A stretch of DNA of 63,057 nucleotides, filler included, from Choristocarpus tenellus KU-1152 (GCA_964200185.2; 13 parts of 13 records of this genome joined end to end with filler, not necessarily neighbours in it), one strand, 5' to 3'; positions 1-12,359 are shown, counted from the first letter of the whole stretch. Notes: generated by a model from the sequence alone, not told the origin. A program made the numbers and translations.

Positions 1-103
1 CCCCCCCCCCAAGAACTATCACTTGAGTATCAGTGAGGCTGCAGCTGTGTGCTTTCATCAAACAACCCTATCCTCTTCCCCACCTGCAACGCTCTTGCTA
101 CAG

Positions 104-1204
104 GCTCTCCACCTGCTGAACGTGCTATCAACCACCGATGAGCTCCAGCGAAATGCCTTGCGAACCCCACAAGTCATCCGCGCCGTCGTCCCCTTTCTCA
201 ACAATAGCCACAACTGGACTGCGCACCTGGGGGGAGTGAGCACTTTCCCGATATCCCCTGCTCTTGCCATTTCTTCTGTAGATACTGCAATACCAAAGGA
301 TAATAGATTACCCTCTCCCAGTTTGCCAAGGCCGCCGGCGATGCCGTCCGCTTCGCTCTCAATGCAAATGGCAGCACGTATGCTGCTGGGCCGCCTGCTT
401 GCGGTGAGGGCGTCGGGTGAGGGCACAAGGAGAGGGGATGGGGAGGGCGCCGTGATGAACACAGGCGCTGGAGTAGGAACTGAGACTAGGGAAAGAGAAC
501 CCGGTTCACAAGCAAGAGGTGCTGGACTGTGGTGCAGCGGGCTGGACTTTGATGAAGGAGCACGTAGATTTGAGGCACTGACTGCAGTCGGGGAAGTTGC
601 AGGGAGCAGCACCACCACCACCACCACCACCACCACCACCACCACCACCATTTCCACAGATGGGCAAAGGGGTGAAGGCCGTGGAATACCTAATGGAGAC
701 GTTGAGATGAGTAGTGGATGCACCCCTATGGAAGATGACCCACCGCAAGGAAGAGTGGACAGAGGAGGAGGCGGGGTGAGGGTAGAAGTAGGTACAGAAG
801 GTGCAAACGGAGGATGGAGATGGAGTTCTGGATTTGAGGGTATGACCGCTGAGCAGTGTGCCTCCCTTGCCAGGGAACTGGGGATGGCGATCCCTACTCT
901 GTCGTCGAACACCAATGTCAGAGAAGATTTGGCTCTGCTTGGGCTGGAGTCAGTCCTAGACAGGGGAAATGCATCGAACTCAAGTATTACTGGCGATGTG
1001 GAAAGGGAGGGGCGGGGGCGGCCTGCAGATGGGGAGACGAGGTGGCCGTTCGTGGGCGGTGGAAACATCGCAGCACCTTCAGGGACAAGGTACGAACTGG
1101 AACATTGGAACAACCAGGCACGCCTTCTAGGAAGATTTGCAACGGTGACGGCGGCAATGGCAGCAGCGCAAAGAACTGAAGAGAGAGGACAGGCGCCTAA
1201 TTGA
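104..1204 (+). CDS. Probable terminal exon of an unidentified gene (short helical segment, then long low-complexity G/T/E-rich tail)
   Basis: Pyrimidine-rich tract ending in CAG at 101-103, in frame with ORF 23..1204. About 1.1 kb open frame (ALHLLNVLSTTDELQRNALRTPQVIRAVVPFL...) with an in-frame (ACC)n poly-Thr tract and a stop at 1204. No family recognised. Confidence 0.55.
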   Translation, partial: ALHLLNVLSTTDELQRNALRTPQVIRAVVPFLNNSHNWTAHLGGVSTFPISPALAISSVDTAIPKDNRLPSPSLPRPPAMPSASLSMQMAARMLLGRLLAVRASGEGTRRGDGEGAVMNTGAGVGTETREREPGSQARGAGLWCSGLDFDEGARRFEALTAVGEVAGSSTTTTTTTTTTTTTISTDGQRGEGRGIPNGDVEMSSGCTPMEDDPPQGRVDRGGGGVRVEVGTEGANGGWRWSSGFEGMTAEQCASLARELGMAIPTLSSNTNVREDLALLGLESVLDRGNASNSSITGDVEREGRGRPADGETRWPFVGGGNIAAPSGTRYELEHWNNQARLLGRFATVTAAMAAAQRTEERGQAPN

Positions 1205-3807
1205 GAAGGCCACCAATGAGGAGGATGTGGGGATAGGGGCTCTTACGAGTTAGAACGCATTGAGTACATTATTACTAGTTGATTGTTTGAAATTTGGGCT
1301 TTGTATGATCGATGAATTATGTGAAAGGACTTAGTTATAGAACCGTCATCCCTTACCCGTTGTTGCCATGCAAGTTTATGTCCCTCTTCCTTCCACTATT
1401 GTTATTGTCACCTGCACGTTTGGATGCTAAAACAGCACCATTGGTTGAGTCATGACTAAGACTCACCTGCCAGCAAAGATGCCCATTGAAGTGCTGTACT
1501 ATGAAGTGGAACTACGAAATATGATAGATGACGACCTACGCAGGGCTGGTTCATACAGACCCAATGTAGGGGATATAATTTTTTATTGCATGCAAGTGGT
1601 AGTAGGGAGTGGAGAGGCCTTGGCATAGCATGTTTACAAACACATTAAAGGTGATACAGTAACATTAGTGAGGAGCCGGTTGGGCACAAAGTGCAAGTGG
1701 GTTTAGATATGATGGTAAGACCCGGCATATACAAACTTCACATACACTAAAATATTGCATAGAGACACGTATTGTTGGCGTGAGCGTATGCCCGTAGCTG
1801 ATAGCAGCCGGTACCAGTTAAGGCACCTATCATGAATCGTTAGCGTCAGCAGGATGAACAACAGAATCTCCGATTCACTTGTAATGAGCCGTGGGGCTGT
1901 TAGGGGCACTATTATTTTAATGCCATTTACGGCAAGAGGTTCATGATGGGATGGAAATGAAGCGGGTCTAGTGTTGGGTGTTTGAGGTTGCCCTTTGTCT
2001 GAAGTTGACACAAGAGTCCAGTCTCCATCCTCCGTCTTGTTGACCTTCGGAGTTCAGAGGATAAAGCGATCCACAAAAGAAGAGGCTCGTACATGTGGTG
2101 ATCTAACGGCACACATAGGTTTTGCAGCACCTTCCCACATCCCCTACAGAAATGTGACCTGGCCTTTATACATTGTGGGTAGTACCACCCTCCAACCATG
2201 CAGGCTAGTGCCTATATAACCTTACCATATTCCCTCTGATACAATGTGAACAACCATGATTGGGCGGTGGATACTGGGTACTGAGTGGTGAACAGTTGAC
2301 TAGCTGGTACCTTCTATCATCACCATCACTCACGAGTACCCCCACCGATTTCTGACAGGAAGCAGAAGAGGAATCGATACCAAGCATTGTTCTGTTAATG
2401 GCATCTGTCATCGACACCTCCACCTTCAATCAGATGAAATCTCTGATTTAGCCTCAAAATTTCTGACTCTTGGCTATACTCGTTACTCTCTAGTGTATCG
2501 TTAAAACATGAATGCCCAAGGCACGAGATGGACAGGGGATGCCTGAAAAAATTGAGAGCTTCTAACGTCAACGAACTATCAATAGAGCCAGTTAGGGATG
2601 GCCCAACCCGTAGAAGCCGCATATATATTTCTTCAGTAGTTCTTCGAGAGTCACTGCAATAGAAAGTCCAGACGAGTGAAGCTGAGAGCTGATGCTGGTG
2701 CTTGAACAGACTTGCAAACAGCTGGGACTGTTCAGAACTTTACACTTGAAAATACGCAGTACATGTGTGAGAGGTGGGTCAAATATGGCATTCCATATAT
2801 TGAGGTCTTCTGCTGAAAGGGCAGACCTCCGTGGACTGTCAAGTACTAATACCAATGCCTCTGAACATGGGTCCAAACAGTCCCCCAAAAAAGCGTGAAT
2901 CAAAGAGGAAAGGAAGAAATGATAGGTGCTACTATCTGTGGTTTGGTTCTGATTTCGGTTCAGAGTGGTACTCCAACATTGATCAGGGTGCAAAGACAGA
3001 CGTAGGAATGGTGGCATCAGCGGTTTGAAGTATGACACAAAAACGGCCTGATACAGTTCAGAATAGTATTAAACCAACTGCAAAATCACGTATGTACATA
3101 GAGGTGCAGCAGGGTGGCACCAGAAAAGACAGCAGGCTGAACAAGGGCTTCTACATAGATCGCAATGAGCAGGAGGTGCCATGATTGTGTCACTCTTCAA
3201 GAGCAGCATATTGAGATACGCTTGGGAAGTAAAACTTGAAAAAAAAAAAAAAAACTATATGACCTCAACAGAGAGCATATGCGGGCAAGCAATTAAACTC
3301 CACGGCTGCTGTCTAAAACACAAAGGAAAGGAGCCCCCGCATGATGTGCAGGCACACATTGCTGTCAGCACCTCTTACCCTTAGCCAACTTTGCCTCAAA
3401 CGGCACCGACCTTCTTCGACATCGAACAACAAGCCAATATGAACCTTACTGCCTTCACTTACACAACACTTCAGGCTCAAAGCAAAAACAAAAACAAAAC
3501 AAAACAAAACAAAACAAAACACACACACACACACACAGCAGCAACACAGCAGCAAGATGTACACTCGTGTAAGAGGACAAAACCAAACCAAGTTAAGTAC
3601 ACACACTAGAGAACCAGCGTTATAAAAAAAATAAAAAAATGCAACCCAACAAAGGGTTTCCAAAAAAATCCATGCATGTTTTTGTGCATGTGTCTGTTCA
3701 TTCGTGCATGCGGCTGTGCTCACTGGTGCGTACGTATGCTCCCCCCCCTAACCCTAATCTCACATCATACGTCAACAAAGAAGCAGTAACATTCCATCGG
3801 CCTCCCT

Positions 3808-4003
3808 CTACGTCCACTGCGCATCCCCTGGTCTGCTCTCATTAATATCCCCTGTCGATTTAGGATCGATTTCAGTCTCCATATCCTCCTTGAGACCATC
3901 GGCATAGCGACGCAGTTCTAAGGCAGCCTTAGTGTGCATATCCTTCTGAATACGCAGCTTTCTTGTGGTGGACACCTCCTCGCTGTAGAGGTCGCTTGTC
4001 CAC
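3808..4003 (-). CDS. Probable terminal exon of an unidentified gene, convergent with the exon at 104-1204
   Basis: Minus-strand AG acceptor at 4005-4004, then WTSDLYSEEVSTTRKLRIQKDMHTKAALELRRYADGLKEDMETEIDPK...QWT*. Protein-like composition but no family recognised. Confidence 0.4.
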
Positions 4004-4131
4004 CTTACCCACAATGAAAGGATGGTGTGCACACGACAGGTAACAGCATTAACAGTACATCATTAACAGTACACAGAACAACATCAAAAATCGTGTCATA
4101 AACTGTCTGGAATGCAGGGATATGCACCCAG

Positions 4132-4270
4132 TGACATCTGCAGGTACTACCACATACCACATAGTTAACTTGTACAGGGAAATGTGATGACATCTGCAGG
4201 TGCTACCACATACCACATAGTTACCTTGTACAGGGAGATGGGATGACTTCTGCAGGTATTACCACATTCC
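4132..4270. repeat. 56-bp tandem repeat, ~2.5 copies
   Basis: Unit TGACATCTGCAGGTACTACCACATACCACATAGTT... starts at 4132, 4188 and 4244. Confidence 0.85.
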
Positions 4271-4548
4271 AGATAATGCCATACAATGATATTCAATAAA
4301 AGGATACAAACAGAATGTTCTGACTATATAACAATACACTGGTGTATCCATCCCAACCTCTCCATCCCATTATCTACTCCAACAGTGGCGTCTGTAGCGC
4401 ATCAATAGCATTATCCACGAATAATAATAAGAAAAGGTGGGCTCAATACTGTCCAAATCCTCAGCATTTTGTATCATTAACAGAATTATCAACAGAATTA
4501 TCAACAGAAAGTCAATGAAGATTTAGTCGACTTGAATTTGATCAACTC

Positions 4549-4581
4549 AACCGGAACAACGGGGATGACGTTGTTCCGGTT
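4549..4581. other. Perfect 13-bp inverted repeat (hairpin) with 7-nt loop
   Basis: AACCGGAACAACG-gggatga-CGTTGTTCCGGTT, directly next to the 30-bp array. Confidence 0.9.
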
Positions 4582-4583
4582 TG

Positions 4584-4970
4584 AAGTAACTCCACAGTCA
4601 AACCAACTGTAGTAAGTAACTCTACAGTCAAACCAATTGTAGTAAGTAACTCTACAGTCAAACCAATTGTAGTAAGTAACTCCACAGTCAAACCAATTGT
4701 AGTAAGTAACTCTACAGTCAAACCAATTGTAGTAAGTAAATCTACAGTCAAACCAATTGTAGTAACTCTACAGTCAAACCAATTGTAGTAAGTAACTCTA
4801 CAGTCAAACCAATTGTAGTAAGTAAATCTACAGTCAAACCAATTGTAGTAAGTAACTCTACAGTCAAACCAATTGTAGTAAGTAACTCTACAGTCAAACC
4901 AATTGTAGTAAATAACTCCACAGTCAAACCAATTGTAGTAAGTAACTCTACAGTCAAACCAATTGCAGTA
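4584..4970. repeat. 30-bp minisatellite, 13 copies, no spacers
   Basis: Consensus AAGTAACTCTACAGTCAAACCAATTGTAGT. The CAGTCAAACC core occurs 13 times (4595 to 4951). One unit has a 4-bp deletion. Confidence 0.95.
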
Positions 4971-5610
4971 CCAGTACATGTCCATAGATCTAAAATCACA
5001 GATTCTTCTCAACTCTGAACGCCATACATGAGTGTAGGGGAAAATCAACTCGAGAGTTAATGGTGTAGGACCTAAAATCAAATAAAAAGTCTCCTCCGCA
5101 GCACATTTAAAATAAAAATAAAAATTTAACACACATGAAATATTTTACCAGAATTTTTTTTTTAGTTTCACCCCAAGGAGGAAATTTATTTTATTTTTCA
5201 TCCCTGATGTGTCGCTACTAATTGAAACAATGCACCAGAAAAAAAAAATGACTTCTAGAAGAGAACCTGCTTACCAAGGAAGGGGGGATCAAAAACAAAA
5301 TCGCTGAAAACGTATCAATACATACAGTCAGTTCTTGTGCCTGTACCCCTCTCCGTCCAAATAATCGACAGTATACCCCTTTCAAGACAACTGCTCTAAA
5401 AAAACAAAACATAAAAAGCGCACTCATTCCGTCGAATTACAAGTTTTTTTTAAATAAAGCTTCAACACACTTTAGATTGCAATATTTGTAAAATGTCCCC
5501 TACAACCTCCAAACATTTTTTTTTCAAACCAAAGTATCTGTGGGGGGGGGGGGGGGGGGGCTCACCCAGAGGGGCCTTTTGGACCAAAAAAAGGAAAAAG
5601 GCACTTTCAT

Positions 5611-5710
5611 NNNNNNNNNNNNNNNNNNNNNNNNNNNNNNNNNNNNNNNNNNNNTTAATTAATTAANNNNNNNNNNNNNNNNNNNNNNNNNNNNNNNNNN
5701 NNNNNNNNNN
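5611..5710. other. Artificial contig linker (first of 12)
   Basis: 44N-TTAATTAATTAA-44N, with stops in all six frames. The others are at 9927-10026, 15891-15990, 18975-19074, 22685-22784, 25307-25406, 32849-32948, 35706-35805, 39053-39152, 43858-43957, 56010-56109 and 59919-60018. Confidence 0.97.
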
Positions 5711-5789
5711 CACCCAAAAATCGCAACATGAAAAAATTGACCCCAAATGGACAGCCGCCACCCCCTCCCAGATACTTTGAGCCATCACT

Positions 5790-8700
5790 CGTCCAAGGCT
5801 CTACACCATTTTTTTCACCAGAGTCAACCTCAGCACTGTTGAAGTAGGAATCAATGGTATCAGACGGTTTTCAACGTACATGCAATCCCTGTTCAGCCTA
5901 GACCTTCCCAGGATCTCTAAGGGTTTCAAGCACAGTCCGTGTTTGGCCTCTGCCCTTGATAATATACATACTTCTTACTGGATGGAATCATGTTCCCCAC
6001 GCCAAAATAGCATTATGTCAGTGTTCCCAGATATAATCAATCCCCCTGCAAGAGTAACCTGGCAATGAAGTGTTTAGCTCCCCCTAATGTTTTGTTCCCC
6101 CTAAAACGATCTATTGCAGAGAATGTATTTTCCGTTTGATCTTGGTGCAGCCCCATGACGCATCCATCATCCATGCATTACTCTGTAAGAATTGTACCAT
6201 CAATGCTGACGCCATTTAGTTGTGCTTGCTCAATAAAAAACTCTTACACCCCACTTGGATATTGTTGGATGGGTAGTGTTCATACTCAACTCCTTCAACT
6301 TCACAAATTCATCTGAAGGTGTGTGAAGGAAGCGATTGCCTCCTTGATTACTCAGGTGCTACCAATATGTTGCTACAACTGGTGATCACCCCCTCTGCCT
6401 AAAGTGTTGTGGGACACACTCTTCAAGGAATGAACTAAAGAAGTAGGATTATATCTAACTTTCTGAGGCACTTTTTGACATCCTTTGGTTCAATTAGTCA
6501 AGTACAATTTCAGGCTCTCATCCTGTATGTTACGGAGTGAAAGTATCTTAGAGGGTACGAGTTTTGCCTTGTTTGTCCATTAGAGACTTGGCTTCCCATG
6601 GGTTTTTCTATGACATTTTCTTACTCCATAAAATGTTTCGGAGTAGGTAAAATGTGTATTTTATGAAAAGGTGTGTCCGGAGCAAGGATAATGACACGAT
6701 AGCCAATATTACATCAAAATCGCAATATTGGATTCTGGCCCCAAATGGACGTGGCCATACCCTCTAAGATACTTTGGCTCACGTTCACTTCCAATCAAGG
6801 AATCTGGTGGAAGGTTAATGTCTTCAGCTTTAGGTTGGTGTAGTACTTGGAACCTATCTGTAAATATTCAGGTGTTGGTAGCATCAGCATGAGCATCAGA
6901 GACCCTTTTTTAAAGTCCAGATAGGTGTCAGATTTTTGAGGTCACACAAGGACACTACGGAAGACCATACTTGATTGTCAGGGAGAACGGGAATGGGCGA
7001 ACAAATCCGACTGGTTTTGCTTCACAAATCAAAAAGCCAGTATCTTGTTATTGACACCTAAAGCAAGGGATCCCAAGATGGCAAACAAGAGGTCTAGAGG
7101 GTCAGCCTCAGAGGTATCTGGAGGACACTGCGAAACAAAGTTGCAATGATGAAGAAATGAGTGGTGGATGCCGCTGTAAGCAATGTTCAATAGGTTAGGG
7201 AAGCTGAAGCCAAAAAGCAAACTCGGAAAAAACAAAAATACCTCAAGAAATAGAAATATTCCCCTCGTTCAGATTATGCTCTCTTTTGGATGCTGTATTG
7301 TTAGTCCAAGAGTCGATCGACACACTAGGACATCACCTTTCATTCGATATGTTTGTCTTGGGATGAAACGGCCTGTAGAAGATCTTACAACGGTTTGAAT
7401 TCCTCCAGTCTGATTTGGTGACTCTGAACGATTTACTCCAAATTGGGTCTAAAATGGTAACTATCTTGGGTTGAACGTTGTGTTAAGGACCTCAAACCAA
7501 CGCTGTTCCCTCCAAGGTTCCAACAATATGTTTTTTGTCTCACTCAAACAACTTCCAGGAGATGTTCCATTTATCCTGAAGTAAACGAAAGGTACCCAGA
7601 ATCTGCCTGGTCTGCATTTTTTAGATCGTTTTTTTCATTTGTAGCAATTCACACTTATTATTTTAACAGATGAAGTGCTTAAGATCGACTTGAGAGTGTT
7701 GTTTTCTGTGTCGTTTGAAAAATTTGGACAGATTTCAGAGAGGTCCCAATAGGCATCTGTACACACAAAAAAACAAATTTTGTTTATCGAAGTACATTTG
7801 TTAGCACCCTGGGTACCTCTCATTTATTTTGGTTCTCTACTACTAACTAGGTACATCCATAATATTATTTGTTTTGCTATTTCGCGTAACATACCAAAAT
7901 AACTGTGTGTTTGATCATACTGGTAACTGCCTGTACTTTTCAGTGTCGGATGGTTAGGGAGACATGAAATCCACAACATCGGGAAGTAGAACATCGACCT
8001 TGTCATCACATAGCACCACACTAGAATTGAAACGGAGCACCATGGTCTAAAACACCGAGACAATCGAGTCTGTAAATCAATCGAGGTTTCCTTCTTTGTT
8101 TTGTCTGAGGATAGTAGAACAGGCACCGGAGTCATTGCCATAGATGCTGTGGAACGGCTACCAGGACCGTGAAGGCTGTTGTTGGTGCGAGCAGGACCGT
8201 CACAAGAGTCGTCCCAACTGGGCGTTCAAGTCCTAAACTTGTGTAACAATACCTTGAACTTGTACTTTGTCCTCCTGTAACACGCCTGTCCAAAGCTTGC
8301 ACAACTTTTATTGTGTTAGTGACATTTAATAATTATGAAGAGTCCACACTGTGTAACGATTGTATCTCATTTTCAAGGTTTGAAATACTGACGGAGCAGG
8401 AAGTACAGACAGCGAACTGTGTTGTCGTGTTTGAGTGCTGAAGTGAACGTCAGAGAGATTGTGGTAGACTTACTGATCTCATTTTGTTTGCACGACATAG
8501 TGATACTACTCTGGAGTTTATGTAATAACGTTCTTCATATTACTCGTCAAAGTGAAACCTTGTGATCCACATGGTTGAGCCCCCATCATTCTACTAATCC
8601 TTAACGCCCAATTCCACATCACTTCTCTCAACCTGACGGTCTGATCTTTGAGAAACGGGGGCTACGCTAAAGAACTCGTGTTTTAGGGTCCCCAGAGATC

Positions 8701-9850
8701 CACTTCAAATAATTTTATCTGTGGTTTGAGGTCTTGATAGCACAATCCTCCCAGTTTGGGACCCCTTCCCTTTGACAGTGCAGATCACATTTACCATTGG
8801 GTGTATATCTGTAGTATGATCTACTTGTATTCCTTGTCTTCGTAAGATTGAGCACTTTTTTCGTATTAAATTATCAGAACAAGAATTTGAAGGGCGAGGG
8901 GTTGGTGACGGAGCAGTATGTCCTTTTGAGGGCGGGCTTGAGTATGGTAGCTGCTTTACGTCAGGATTATCATCTGACTGAGTAACGGTGGCTATCTAAT
9001 CTACTGCTACTATAGGCAACGTTCATAGGACAGATGGACAAAAAAAGAAATTTTCGTTCATCTGACTTGCAGCTCCTTCCTAATTCTGAACCCTGGCTAA
9101 CAAGTCCATGCATCCAGTAGCGAGTCCTTGCAGTGAAGGTCGACTAGAGAGTAGAAATATTGGACTTGGAAATTTGTGTATCCTCGCAGCATCGGTTTGC
9201 CTTTGGTATCATTAACAAGAAAAATCCTTCTCCATAGCAGAAAACAAGGCCTTCTGTTTGTGATTGACAAATATACAGTTGAACGAACTGACCTGGCTCC
9301 AAGAGTCCATGTGGCTTTGATAACTGAGTGAGCACCACTGGGTCTGGTCTTAACCACACTAGGTACGTAGAGGAGGTGGACAACCCAAAACCTGATAGCC
9401 TGTAGCAGTATTCAAATGGGAAATGCAAGAGGTGTAGTAGAGAGGTTGGTCAAGCCGATTTAAAGTAAATTTATGATCTTGAATATTTGTGCTGACTGCT
9501 GCTAAAGAAAACGTTGTTATGACGGGTAGGAACATTTGTCGGGAAGGGGACAGAGCAAGATGCAAACACAATATATTGTGTTGCGACAGCAAGCGTGGCA
9601 ATATCTAGGTGTCATGCATAGGAAGGGGATTCTGGACCTTACTGCCATAAACCAGTACTTCTGCCGTGACGGAATGGAGGTGAGTGCAGGTAGGTACACT
9701 ATTCATACGACCAAGCCATTTACTATGGAGAGGTCAATCGGGGTAAAGTGATTGCCCGTGTACATGGCAGCATGCCTGTGAACAACAATCCTCAAGGCGG
9801 CTTGGAGAAAATCTGTCAGTCTGTCGTCATTAAGACTTGGTCAGGGAGAG
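5790..9850 (-). mobile_element. Highly degenerate retroelement, tentatively tyrosine-recombinase (DIRS/Ngaro-like)
   Basis: Broken minus-strand frames. At 9850-9050, weak YR-like pieces (TPIDLSIV, VVKTRPSG, QFVQLYI...GLVF, SLQGLAT, LGRSCKSD). Near 6170, CMDDGCVMG resembles the RT YMDD motif. All recognised by eye only. Confidence 0.3.
6535..6780. mobile_element. MITE family A copy 1
   Basis: TIRs GAGTGAAAGTATCTTAGAGGGTA ... TACCCTCTAAGATACTTTGGCTC, flanked by ACG/ACG. Homologous to six other copies in the window. Confidence 0.9.
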
Positions 9851-10606
9851 GTCATGGGTCAAAGTATCTGGGGTGGGGGGTGGTTTGTGAGGGGGCGTCC
9901 GTTTCGGTCAAACAAACTTTTTTTTTNNNNNNNNNNNNNNNNNNNNNNNNNNNNNNNNNNNNNNNNNNNNTTAATTAATTAANNNNNNNNNNNNNNNNNN
10001 NNNNNNNNNNNNNNNNNNNNNNNNNNTTGCCCTTCTCAGAATCCTTAAATGCAACCCTGTCTACCTCTCGATTGGTTTGGGTCATTGCTGGCGTAGAGGG
10101 TTCATCAAGGTCATGTCCTTCCTCTGCATACAATACAATCGCCCAATAAGCAAGAGCATTACCATATTGTGAGTATGAGGCCATAGGTCGTACAAGTCAT
10201 ATGCTGTTGCAGTTGAGCACTGAAAAAAAACTATTATCACCAATCAGAACACTAAATTAGTGAGTAGCCATAAAATTCAGTCTTGGAAACTACATATTAT
10301 AGATATATAAAATACTACAATTTTTTAGTAAGAGCGACATATTGTTGGAAGTTCTCATAATCCATGAAGATGTGTTACACTTGCTCGAAAAAAATCATAA
10401 ATTACAGAGGGATGAAGCCATGTTATAGACATAGGTCTAAATATCTCATCTTTGCCTGTCGGATTGTTTCAACTACCGCATGAAATACTTCTCTGTTTTG
10501 ACCCCCATAACTAGAGCGGTGATTGACGGAATGCTGGCATTGACATGTCCAACAGGACCTACTCTTCACAAGGAATCCGATTGTGACCTACCCTCGCACT
10601 AACTCA

Positions 10607-10866
10607 GAGTCAAAGTATCTTAGGGGCTAGAGCCGCGTCTGTTTGAGGGCTATAATCCAATGTTGTGACTTTGATGTAGTGTTGGCTATCGTGTTTGTCA
10701 GGAAGTGTCAATACCCATGCTCCGGACACACCTTTTTTCATGACATGTACATTTTTACCTACTTCTAAACATTTCGGAGTAGGAAAATGTCATAAAAGGT
10801 TGTGGGCAGTCAAGCCCCAAACAGACAAACAGGGCAAAACTCCGACCCTCTAAGATACTTTCACTC
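10607..10866. mobile_element. MITE family A copy 2 (opposite orientation)
   Basis: GAGTCAAAGTATCTTAGGGG ... CCCTCTAAGATACTTTCACTC. Internal sequence matches the reverse complement of copy 1. No clear TSD. Confidence 0.88.
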
Positions 10867-11571
10867 GCGTCCTCTAGGAGGATAGCATTTGACCGAGTGT
10901 ACACATCGTTACACAGCTGGTAGTATACTTTACATTTGAATTTACACATCCTTGCTGTTCTGAATTGTGTTTATCGAGCTCTACTCTTGGTTGCAGTAAC
11001 AGTTCACTTATTTTTCGATATGAAAAGGTCGTTACAATATACAGGATCATATCATCCAATATTCTTGCTTGTAATTAGTATTTTTGGAGCCCTTGTTAGT
11101 CAGTCAGTAATTAAAGGTATTTCTTCCCTCGCAGCAATTATGCACTAGAACGTTTATGAAGGAAATCTGTTCTTCAATTATCCAAAAGTCCGTGTGGTGA
11201 GCACTATGGAGTGTACACATTTGCCATTCTGCCAGTTGCTATACCAACAGGAAACTGAAACAAGATGACAAGTTTCATAGGGCAGTGACACTGAAGCACG
11301 TATTGCGCACAAGATTTGAGAAGGAGACGAAACTACAAGTGGTGGGGTGGCTGAACTTAACAGGCGAGAAGCAAGGCATGAAAGGAAGTAGTGCTGGTGA
11401 AACTAGTCATATTGCACCAGAAATATTACTGTAGTTGGCTTGTTTAGTGTTTTGTGGCTCTACCCGTAGGCTGGACCAGTCTTCAGGGTAAAGGGAAGAT
11501 ACCAAAAATAGAGTAACACAGTCTGTTGTGTAATCTTAATGCCATGTAGTACTAGTAGTCTGGAAGCCATC

Positions 11572-11876
11572 TGTCACAGGCGATATGTCTTGATGGCGGT
11601 TTCATAAACACCATTATGGAATTGAATTTCGAGATTTTATATATTTGTACTTCTTGATTATTCATTTATTATTTGGTCATTATGGTCCCCGATTGTGATC
11701 GACATTGTTGATCAGTCCCTTTTTATACCATGATTTTACGAGAATCCAAGTGAGAGATCCAGCATACTTGACGACTTGTGCATCAGGAGCCCTATACCTA
11801 CATCATTATCATCTATAAGACCGTGGATTGGAGCTATACATCCTGTGGAGGTGAGATTCGAGGGTCGCCTGTAACA
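11572..11876 (+). mobile_element. Solo LTR (305 bp) with 4-bp TSD
   Basis: TGTCACAGGCG ... CGCCTGTAACA termini flanked by CATC/CATC. A second copy is at 24708-25013. Confidence 0.85.
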
Positions 11877-12359
11877 CATCTGCTAGTTTTCAAAATGCTC
11901 CGAAATATTATTGTACGTATAATACTACAACTAACAGTGCTTAGGAAAGTCCTTATTGTAAGTAATGGAGGGAGATGTTTTACTCAGTGTGTTATCCACC
12001 TTGTACTCCAGAGAATATTTCTCCTTTCTCCATCCCATGACCGCACCAACGAAATGTTAGTGAGAATAAACGTGTACATTATTCAAAGAATATCGCGCAG
12101 TAGAAGCTAAATACACTTAACCATATATTTATAACCACTACAACACAAAGTACAAACTGTTGGTATTTTCAAAGTGTTCAGAACGTCCTCATAGCTCAAT
12201 GGTTAACGCCATAGACACTGAGAACAACCCCAAGCATTATCTATGCACCCGAGAAGAAACACTTTACCCAAGTGCACTGATGGGAGCAAGAGATTATTAG
12301 ATATTTTCCCACAAGACCAGTCATAGTAGGGTGTGGTCATTATGACATTACTTGTGATA

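Noticed and set aside
58-1113. 351-aa antisense ORF
   Set aside because: Shadow of the GC-rich + strand exon; its poly-Val is the antisense of the ACC tract.
1400-3450. Possible LINE (RTE-like) remnant
   Set aside because: Only a faint resemblance near 2900-3030; no diagnostic motif could be confirmed.
4584-4970. CRISPR-like array or repeat-protein ORFs 4542..5132 and 4748..4999
   Set aside because: Units are contiguous with no unique spacers and there are no cas genes. The ORFs are by-products of a stop-free 30-bp period.
5655-5666. TTAATTAATTAA palindrome as a biological motif
   Set aside because: Always centred in N-runs; it is an artificial six-frame-stop linker.
12185-12210. tRNA-like 5' fragment GTCCTCATAGCTCAATGGTT
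   Set aside because: A-box only; no anticodon arm or T arm follows.
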